Positions 51,130 through 61,524 of a DNA stretch of 64,000 nt are shown here, one piece after another (the first letter of the stretch is position 1; each line of letters starts with the position of its first letter). This stretch comes from Pocillopora damicornis (lineage: Eukaryota), in NCBI RefSeq assembly GCF_003704095.1, contig NW_020847347.1, positions 124,001 through 188,000 on the forward strand, given 5' to 3'. Made by a program: the position numbers and the translations under genes. The notes under the pieces were generated by a model. That model had not been told where the DNA came from. It saw only the letters and a list, made by a program, of their open reading frames with translations, and did not search any database.

Positions 51130-52620
51130 GACAACTCTGAAATTCTTCTCGTTTGCAACAGGGGGCCCGAGGGTGTTGCTCTGTTTTGTTTTGTTTTGTT
51201 TTTAATTCGCTTTGTTCCAATATAGCCAGTTTAAAATAATAGAACCTTTTATTTCAACTGGATTTCTTGAACTGCTGGGATTTATTGAAATGCAATCATG
51301 ATAACATATCCTCAAGCGTTTTCTATCAAAAAAAGAGTAATTAGCTAACCGACAGAGCCAATATCGTTATTAATGCCGCTTATGAAGAGATTACAAACTT
51401 GCTCTTATGCAAGAGGAAACAGTGGCCATGTTGAAGCCAACAGTAACCACGTTGAAGCCCACACTGACCTCGTTTGAAGTCATTTCCGAAGTATTTGGTC
51501 GTAAAACTAACTATCAAGCGTGTAAAAGGTTAGAATGTAGCTTGGTGTGGACACATTTCTTTAATAAAAGAAATATAAGAGAGAACTCTGTAAAAAAAAG
51601 GGTAATTAGCCAACCGACAGAGCCAATATCGTGATCAATGCCCTCTAGGAAGAAATTACAAACTTGCTCTTATGCAAGAGGAATAGTGACTTCGTTAAAG
51701 CCAACAGCAACCTCGTTTGAAGCTATTTTCGAAATATTTGGCCATAAAACTAACTATCAAGCGCGTAAAAGGTTGGAATGTAGCTTGGTGTGGACACATT
51801 TCTTTAATAAAAGAAATATAAGAGAGAACTCTGAACTACTTCCCGTTTGCAACAGGGTGTCCGAGGCTATTGCTCTGTTTTTTGTTTTTGTTTTTGTTTT
51901 TTTCTTTGTTCCAAATAGCCGATTTAAATAGAACCTTTCATTTAAACTGGATAACTTATACTTTCTTGAAATGCTTGAATTTATTCAAATGGAATCATGA
52001 TGAAGCGTTTTCTGTAAAAAAAGAGAGTAATTAGCCAACCGACAGAGCCAATATCGTGATCAATGCCTCTTATGTAGGAGGAAACAGTGACTACGTTGAA
52101 GCCAACAGTGACCTCGTTTGAAGTCGTTTCCGAAATATTTGGCCATAAAACTAACTACTCAGCGCGTAAAAGGTTGGAATGTAGCTTGGTGTGGACACAT
52201 TTCTTTGATAAAAGAAATATAAGAGAGAACTCTGAACTACTTCCCGTTTGCAACAGGGTGCCCGAGGCTATTGCTCTGTTTTTTGTTTTTTTCTTTTGCT
52301 TTGTTCCAAATATCCGATTTAAATAGAACCTCTCATTAAAACTGGATCACTTATTCTCTCTTGAACTGTTGGAATTTATTCAAATGGAATCATCATAAAA
52401 TATCCTCAAGCGTTTTTTGCAAGAAAAGGGTAATTAGCCAACCGACAGAGCCAATATCGTGATCAATGCCTCTTATGAGGAGATTATAAACTTCCTCTTA
52501 TGCAAGACGAAACAGTGACCACGTAGTACCTAACAGTCATCTCGTTTGAAGTCATTTCCGAAATACATTGCCGTAAAACTAATTATTCAGCGCGTAAAAG
52601 GTTGGAATGTAGCTCGGTGA
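51130..52620. repeat. Degenerate tandem array, ~400-425-bp unit, ~3.5 copies (one internally deleted)
   Basis: GTAATTAGC(C/T)AACCGACAGAGCCAATATCGT at ~51338, 51602, 52027 and 52430. AACTCTGAA...CGTTTGCAACAGGG at ~51133, 51826 and 52228. Confidence 0.9.
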
Positions 52621-52719
52621 ATATTTTTCTATATATAGTAGCTTTCAGAGAAGTCACGTCTCATAAAGTCGTTGAGTAAGAAAAAGGATCTCATTGCGAC
52701 CTAATATCTATTTACTGCC

Positions 52720-54725
52720 ATGGCCATCTTCTTAATTGGGCTGATTTTACTCGTACAATCTGATACAAATTTTGCCTCTGCCTCCAGACAAACAAATTTT
52801 TCCTCGTCGGGCCTTCAAAACCAGCTAGAGAGGAACAAACACTGTCTTAAATATGATTACGAAATTCAAGACACGCTTACCTCGACGAAGCCTCCGTTTG
52901 ACAACTACTTCAACATATCCCGTGCCGTTTATCCCTCAGAGGAGCTATCGTCTAAACTTATAAACATCTGGGTACATTTTACAAACTCTTCTACGAATCT
53001 TACTCAAGTATCCTTACGGAAGTTTATTTGGAGCCGCTCATGTTTGTATGTAAGCGACCGATATTTGAGCTTGCTAGCCATAAGTTTGTATTCGCTGGGT
53101 TCAATATGGCCGGACAGAAGACAAGAGATCCTACACATAACAATTCCTACATTTTGCAACTCAGAGGCATCAGAACAAAAACTCGTTCAATTTTTGTCGA
53201 CGGTAAGTCCAGAATATGAATCAAACTTTACATTAAGATTTTAGATATTGTAAGATTATAATAAGATACATATATTTACTACATACATTTCTTACAATGC
53301 AGGTCTCCTCACAAACTCTACCTACAGAACACTATTTACGCTAATTACAATACAGGCTACTCAGTTACACCGCCAACAGAACAACAATCTACTTATGTTA
53401 CTTGCCAAACAAACAGTTACTTACAGTACTTAAAATACGTTATACGAAACACTTTAAATCACTTGCAGTACAACATTCTATTTACGACACAGTTCACAGT
53501 TTTCTTCAAGCCTCGCTCTCGGAAAGCTGTTCGCATCTTTGAACAGATAGTGTTCGTGTAAATTTTCGCGCAAAATAGAGGCTATTTTTTATTTAAAAGT
53601 TTCCTTTATGGTTCTACCAAGTGTCAGTTGCTTTGTTAAGCAATAAATAATGATAGCTAAATGTCAGAGTATGTTATATAAATAAGCTATGATTTTGCAG
53701 GTTTTTCTTAAGTTTTTTCAACTGAATGCATGCTATTGTTGAAGGTGACGTTACAACTGTAATCGGAATTTTCATTTTAAGAAATGTTAGTATTCAAATT
53801 ATATTTAAAATGTAAATTAGATTACGGTGAAACAGGATGAAAAATGTCGAACTTTTCTTCTTTTTGATGATGACACGGAGATAGTTTATTGATGTCTCTT
53901 TTGTTTCTTTTTCTTTTTGTTTTGTTTCTGCAGCTCGAGGACATCGCTGTCATTCCAGCCCAACTAAATCCTGCTCTGAACCACGTCGAATGTGTTATGG
54001 AAGAAAAGCCTCCTGGCTTCGAGCTACAAAGAGCCAAAAAGATATTTCCTCACGTTTGTTGGGCATTTTGGTTTTTCTCTATAATTGCTGGATATTTTGC
54101 TACAGTTTTGTTTATTCAGCTGTTCCAAGAAAAAAAAAAGGATGTTGCGGTTAGTTCGACATTAACATTTTCAGTTACTCTCTTCTATGTAGGATTACTT
54201 TTTGGCATAATTGCGATTGTTTATAGCACGCGTAAGGGAGGATACAAAATGGTTTACCCTTTTATTTATTTATCTTCCATGGGATTAACATATATACTTG
54301 GTTACGTTTATTGCTGCGTCTCCTTAGAAGAAAAAAAGAAAAGGTGGAAGCTGGCGCATGTTTATCCAAGTAGCTTTGTAATGATTCACTCTATTCTATG
54401 GATGATGGTCGGAATGATAACAGAGCCTTACTGGGCTATCCCTGTCGTAACATTGCATGCGGCAGCAGTTTTCCTTTTCTACCTCCTATTGGGTTTTTAT
54501 TACTCAGATAGGGATTGGGATATCCGAGACAAAATTAACTTAACTTTGCTTTTCATTTTATTGATGTCGATTATATCCGTACAGGTCTTATTTTTTTTGG
54601 TCGTTAGCCACTTTTTTAGAGAAGGATTAATTTTCAGTGCTATCCCTAGTGTTTTGATTATAATATTAGGCTTTTGGTGTAAGAATTTCACACACTCGTC
54701 CCAAGAGCCAGCAAGTTCGCTTTAA
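52720..54725 (+). CDS. Uncharacterised membrane protein: signal peptide, ~190-aa Cys/N-glycan ectodomain, ~7 TM helices; ~424 aa, 2 exons
   Basis: Exons 52720-53202 (GTAAGT donor) and 53934-54725 (polypyrimidine + CAG acceptor), phase 0. Signal MAIFLIGLILLVQS, NxS/T sites, and seven hydrophobic segments in exon 2. Confidence 0.8.
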
Positions 54726-57354
54726 GTACACGGTGTAAATGCTAATAATTGCGAGCATTAATTTCTTTAAATTCTTAAGCAATCTGAAACGTTTACCATA
54801 GAAGTTAGCTTGAATCTTTCAGGATATTAGTAAAAATCCTGACCAAAACTTGTGGGCTCTGTGCTTTATGACACAGAGGAATGGGATGATGCAAAACTTA
54901 AGAACGAGTGCTCAGCCATGGAAATTTGCATAAGTATGCCGTTACGCCTCTCCAAATAAACCCAAGTCATAAAAATTGCTGGCTTAATATGGAAAAATTA
55001 ATTTATAAATATCGTAAAAGGGCTAAGTGTTTATTTTTGACGGAGAGATTCGGCGGGCGTCATTTCGAGTGCTGTTAGACTGCACTCTTGCTTCGTTGGG
55101 GAACCATAAGTTAACAATTATTTACCGAAGTGGGGGTGAACATTAGTGGATATTTACCGCGCCGCGAAATGGGAAGGAAATTATTCCTTACGTGCGATTT
55201 GCTCTCTTTGGCTGCTCGATGGTGAATGGTACTTGATATTGACTTCCGAAACTTTTGATCACGCGTTTTTTATGTACTTAAGACTGTTAATGGTAGGCTG
55301 AACATTATTATTTCCGTGGCTTGTCGTGACTCGCAAAAGTGATTAAAGATTTACAACGCTAGGAATGTCATTAATGGTGTCGTTTTTCTCGTAATTATGG
55401 TAATCACAGATAACATGTTGGAGTGTATTATATTTCAACCAATGAGCAATTTTTAAAGTTGTTCTGTTTCTTTAAAGAGCTACGTCGTGATATTTTTTAA
55501 GCCATTTTGAACGTCATTAGATTGAAGTCACAGAGAAGGGCCTCGGGAAAATAGTGCTCTAGCTAGCACACTAAACACTCAGGTAAGAAAATTGAAAGTC
55601 AAAGACAAAAAAAAAAGGCTCGAAGATGCCCATGGATATTTTAGACATCAAATGAAGATTTTGGATAAATTTTCAGTGGTGTTCGAGCTGCTGTGCGGTC
55701 TTCCTTAACAGGTTGTGGGTTGTGGGTGCGACCTTCAAGTTTCGTGTCTTATAAGACCGGCTTGGATAATTCTACTTTATTCCTTGTTCTTGACCATTAG
55801 TTTCATTCGCGTATCTAGTCAATGGCGCACTAAAGGTATCAGATACCTTACAACTAAATACATAATTTAAATTTCAAAAGATCAGAGCTTTGGTGTCTGA
55901 TAATTCCGTAACTGTTTGCAGTGCCCTGTTAGAATTTTGACTCGTTAGCTTTCCAAGTTTAACAACTGTTCAAGAATATATCGCGGCCCAAAGCCGTACG
56001 TTAATGGCAATGTTGCATTCTAAATATATGATGAAATCATCTGCAAATGAATATGCACTGATTAATTCGAATATTCAACATTTCCGCCCGGGCAACCCAT
56101 GGGGTATTTGACTCAGTGTCGCATGGGCCAGAGAGTAGGGACTTTGACAAGAGGCCCTTACGGGGTGTGGAATTTGAACCGGAAGGTCGAGCCTTTCCTG
56201 CAGAATACACGTGTTTTATCTTTTGATATGAACGAGTTTTAAGGTAAAAAGGTTGGTTTCGTGAGCGAATGGCTCAAAAGAAAAGCTCGACAAGAACTGC
56301 GCAAAAGTTGATTTGCTGAAATTATATTTGCTGAAAGTTTAAAAGCTTGAACTGTCAAATTAATTGCTGGTCAATAAGTAGAAAGTCACGGTCCCTAATC
56401 TTGCCTTTGTCATAAAATAGCTTTGAAAAAATGCTGTAAATTGGATGTCAACCTCTCTCAAACAGTATTAAATACATTTCATCGGAGACTTTGTACTCCA
56501 AAGCGCCAAAAAACTAATACATTATTCGTTTTTTCCTCGCTACTTTTTTAAAATATTTGTGTTTTGGAAGGGGCATTTGAGCATAAAATGCAGCCGTTGA
56601 TAGTGTATTTACACGCAATTTTAGTCCACGGGGATGGAAATTTTCACGTGTCACTCGCCTCTTGCGCCTTTCTATCAGGTTGATAAATGAGTGGCAAAGC
56701 GTTCACCATTTTCACTCCATGCCCGTTTGTCGAATCTTCTCTCATCTTGTCAGTGAGACCAAATATCATTTAAACACTCGAAGTGAAATATTCCACATCT
56801 ACGTGCGCCCATGTGATATTCTCTATAGATATCACAATCAGATGTAACGATACAGTATGCGAATAACGAAACGATTCTCAGAGGTGTGCTGCAGAAAGAG
56901 AAGCCTGGAAAAATTCACGCTTCATTTGAATGTGAGAAAATTCCCCCTGTGAGAATAACGGGCCCCTTACAATTTTCTGCGCTTTCAAGATGTGGCTGTG
57001 TACATCATTATTAGTAGTAGTAGCAAAAGTTACTTGCTAGTAACCAGGAAACAAAGGTTCGAATCCCGTTGAAGCGAAAATTAGTCAGGATTCTTTCAAT
57101 GCAATTTTGTTTTCAGTGCAGTTCACCACACGGAAAGTATCATTTCGCTACTTGGCCGTCATCTGCACTGAGGTCAACATCAAATTTATATCCCTGATTT
57201 AATTCTAAACGAAAACGTCCCTGCAATTGATTGGAAATGATTTGAACAGTAAAAACGGCACTAATTTATCGTCTATAAAGATGGAAAAGCAATTCACTTA
57301 TGGATTATTGTTCTGTTTTCTTGCAGCGGATTTTGTAGATATTCTCACCAGAAA

Positions 57355-59157
57355 ATGGCTTTTTTTTCTAGAGCATTCAAAAATCGAGATTGCGACGTGC
57401 CAGATTGTGTGTATCGCCTAAAATTTGAACGAGATAGGCAAAAATTAATTGCAGGAATTGCATGTGCTGTGGAAATTGACGTACCAGACGGAAAGGAATA
57501 TTATCTGCTTACTTGCAAGAAAATTATTTTGAAAAATGGGGAGCCACGTTTTTATGCTCATCAGTGGAGGAAGCCACTCTACCGCCTCAGGCGAAACGGA
57601 GACCTCGACATAAACGGTGAAAATTGTTTTTTAAAGCAAAATTTCTGCTTCCTGACTCCTCCCAATCACTGGAAACCGGATAAGAGCCTGAAGGTAAAAT
57701 CATGCGATGCGGGAGACAATCTCGATTGGATTAAATCGTTGATCATTGAGAATCGTCACATATACCGTGAAATAGAATGGGTAAAAGACAGTGAAACAGG
57801 TAAGTACAAGACTAAAGAAAATGAGGACTTAGAGGATCAAACATCACTGGGCTCCCCAGTTCTGTGGAAAGATCTTGAAACACAACGTTTTTACGTCATC
57901 GGCGTGGTTGACAAAGAAGAAGAAACCTTTTTGCCACGACTATTTGGGGCGGATGATCTGAGAAATCTCGGTAAGTTCGTTATAATATTCATTTGTTTTA
58001 ATTAATTAAAATATTGATCACCTTATAAGTCACCTACCGGCCTTTAGTCATGTTTGGTTTTAGATAAGGGTGTAGGAAAGTATTACCAGAGTAACTGGTT
58101 TGAGCCCCCGGTGTAACATTTGGTCGCGTACCCTGATTGTTTAGCTGACAAGAGTGCTGAAAAGCAATGTTTTCGGTGGTAATGACTGATGTTTGAACAA
58201 ACTTAGCGGCAGTCATCATCAGAGTCAAGACAGTCGAGTGTTTCTCTGGTTCGTGAAAGTTGATTGGCCAGTTTTGCCATGATGAAATTGGCTGAAAGGC
58301 TCAAGTGACGTGACGCACGTCGGTCTAATTGCTTAGTTTTGGTTATCGTTTGAATATGCTGGTAATTATCCTTAAAACATTTTTTTTTCAATCTAGCCCC
58401 AACCCAACTATTCCTTCACTACCTTTGCATTTGATAGGGTTTGACTTAATTTTTCTCTGTCTTGTACAGTTTATACCAAAGATAATATTCTCGTACATTT
58501 TTAGCGTGGACCTCTGGCTCGAGACCGCGCAAGCGGTCTTCGTGTTTTAATGTTAAACAAATTATTTCCTTCCTTATTTCTGTTACTGATTACGGGCAGG
58601 TTCCCCAGAGATAACTGAACATCCTCAAAGCGTCACGAAAAGGGAAGGGGAAGACGTAACATTATCTTTCGGCGCTATTGGAAATCCAGAGCCTGATATA
58701 TCATGGAAGAAAAATGGATCAACTCTAACGGACAATGACAAGATCAGTCTGTCTGATGACAAAAAGAAGCTGACTATAAAGAATTTGACAAAGGAAGATT
58801 GTGGAGTATATCAAGGTGTTGCGAGTAACACTTTTTCAGTTGTTAACTCCAGTTGTGCTATACTGGATGTTCAATGTAAGTATTGAATGCTAACCATCTC
58901 AGTTGTGTCTACAAAAAACTCTCGAATTTGACTCGTTCTTAACTGGGGTTAAACTGTTTAATTACAAGCTGCTCGTAGGCGGACAGGCCAAACTGGACAT
59001 AAATGCATTTAGTCTTTCGCGACATAATCTTCTTTCCTTTACTCACTTTTCCTCTGCAGATGATTACAAAAAAATCTCAAAGGTTTTAGCTGTCCTCCTC
59101 ATCCCGGCAGGGCTTTTCCTACTCCTTTTGATAACAGGCAAGATACATCTGGCGTAA
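57355..59157 (+). CDS. Uncharacterised protein: trypsin-like pseudoprotease domain + I-set Ig domain + C-terminal TM; ~329 aa, 3 coding exons
   Basis: Exons 57355-57970, 58600-58875 and 59060-59157, joined by phase-1 introns. The Ig exon, missed by the ORF track, reads GSPEITEHPQSVTKREGEDVTLSFGAIGNPEPDISWKKNG...LTIKNLTKEDCGVYQGVASN...ILDVQ. The last exon reads YDYKKISKVLAVLLIPAGLFLLLLITGKIHLA*. Confidence 0.78.
58140..58230 (-). mobile_element. Penelope-type repeat fragment with decayed hammerhead motif
   Basis: Minus strand TGACT-CTGATGA-TGACTGCCGCTAAGTTTGTTC-AAAC-ATC-AGTCA. Stem I (TGACT/AGTCA) is retained but the GAAA core is damaged. Confidence 0.5.
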
Positions 59158-60015
59158 CATGGAATAGATTGAGTAGACTTGAAACAAAGGCCAAATGAAA
59201 AAAGTGTTTTGATGATAAAAAAAAAAGAAAAAAAAGGCATTCTTTTGGTATATAGTCGTTTGCAAGAATAGCCATAATAATTAGATACTTTTAACTAAAG
59301 ATATGGGACGCCCGTCCGTTGTAAAGTGTGTGTGATACCATATGGCATGAACATTTTGAAGGCGGGTCTTAATTACTGGACCGCCGAAATTATAACCTGA
59401 ATTTCCGTTAAAAATTTAGTTTGCGAATTGCTGGAAATAACAAATCATCAGGAAAAGAAAAGAAACATTCCAAACTCTATAAAAGTCTAACAGACAGCGC
59501 ACTCCACACATTTGATTCATTTAATTGAATTCTAGTAAATCGTAGAGTTTTCCACCTATAAGGACTGATACAGTAAGGAAACTGAATGAAAAAACCTACC
59601 CTAGCCCACCTACGTATCCCCAAAAGTTTTTCGACCTTGCAGCTTCAGGCCAATCTGCAAAGCCCCCCAAATCAAAACCCGAAAAATGTCCATGCCACAT
59701 GAAACAGAGTAATTTGTTATGGGCAAGACACAATTGCTGTTGAAACGTTTGCTTTGGAGCAACTTGATGACTGTAAAAAAACGAGCCTTACATCAAAAAG
59801 CGTCTTTTATTAAATGGGCACCAACGATGGCCCCATGAATGTCCACGTTAACTAATCAAGAAGTTAATCTAAGGTTTGTTACCGAGGGTGATTTTACAAT
59901 AAAGTGTGATAAATACATCTGTTCCTGTATACGTTTAACTTTGCAACGACTCAATGAGATGGACAAGACACATCACATAGCTTATGCGCAGATCACTTCG
60001 AAGCTTTAATTACCC

Positions 60016-60115
60016 NNNNNNNNNNNNNNNNNNNNNNNNNNNNNNNNNNNNNNNNNNNNNNNNNNNNNNNNNNNNNNNNNNNNNNNNNNNNNNNNNNNNN
60101 NNNNNNNNNNNNNNN
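60016..60115. other. Assembly gap (100 N)
   Basis: Run of exactly 100 N, so the true distance and orientation across it are unverified. Confidence 1.
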
Positions 60116-61524
60116 TCAGATTGCAAGATTCGTTACCGTGCCCTCTAAAAAAACAATAAATGAAAATATCAGTTTATTATTGCCATTATATCAAAAAATG
60201 GTCGACACGCGATTTTGTCTCTTCAGTTGCTCAAAGGTGACTAGTTGTTTTAGTACAGACAATGATACAAAAAACGATTTTAACTCATTTATACTACCAA
60301 CAATGAAAATATTTATTTTAGGCGCAAATCCCGCCCGAGTTATAGGAGGTGAATAGCAAAGGATATATATTTAGAGTTTGAGTACCCAATCAGAGCGCGG
60401 CTTCGACGCTATCCATCGTTTCATATGTAACGTAAATTAAAACTGATGTAAATTGTTTTAAATGCCGCGACCAATATTGTTTGAGACTACGTTAAATTAC
60501 TCCAACCAATTTTCTGGTTCACTTTCGATGTCCATGACCTCTTCAACCTATGAAAAGGCACGAGATAATTAAAAAGATAGATAATAAAAGATTTGTCTAG
60601 ATCTGTGTCCCATGTTTATCACATATCGTCACCTTAATTAAGAACAAGTCTAGAAGTTTGCATAGTCAATCAGAGCGCGCCTTCGAAACTATCTACTGTT
60701 TTAGTATATACTAAATAAAGATAACCATCAGAGGATAGCCACGACAGTCAGGCACTCTCACAGTTGAGCTAGCCAGAAGACGCATCCGAATCTCCAGTCC
60801 CTAAGTCATTTACTAAATACACGTGATCTACTGTCACAAATACCTTCCGTCCCATTCCACCATGACCAGATCATGTTGTCGAGAAACGAAAAAATCTTGA
60901 ATAGCAAAAACTCCAATAAAGAATCAGGAGAAACTATGAAAAAAGGAGGAAACTTATTAAATGTCTATAAAATGTTAGTTTCACTATAATTAACATTACA
61001 ATCGAACCTCTAAAAGTCATAAGGGTTTAGTGGTTTTAAGGACCCCCCCAGAGAAAGAATATTGGCCGTGTATGGAGAAGTGACCAACCGATCATTATCT
61101 TTCGCCTTCAAGGGGATTGTGGTTGGAATTGAAGGATTGGCCCTTGATTTTTCGGCATTTTACTCAAGATCAGTGTTTCGAAATGCCAACTATATCTTTG
61201 TTTATGTCCCGTAACCGCAAAGGCTTACGATCATGCAGAAAGACATATAATCACTCGCAGAGCCAGTAAGCCACCAAGTAAAAAGATGAAATGATTGCTT
61301 CTGGCGCAGCTCTTATAATTTCCAAAGAAAGTGAGTCAAGGGTAAGATAGGACTACCAGTATCTTTTTATCATTTCACCAGCTTTTACATGTTTGAATGT
61401 TCACCGTGTTCAGTTTAAAGACGGATTTTAAAGGCTCCGTGTTCGGTTCCTACCACTGTATCCTAAATTAAAAATTTGAATTAATAATGCAATCTAATTG
61501 TTACTTAAGATGGCTAGAACTTAC

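Noticed and set aside
51407-52326. Three similar short ORFs sharing RLECSLVWTHFF
   Set aside because: By-products of the tandem DNA repeat; frames and starts are not conserved between units.
51130-52620. CRISPR-like array
   Set aside because: Whole units are homologous with no unique spacers, the context is eukaryotic, and there are no cas genes.
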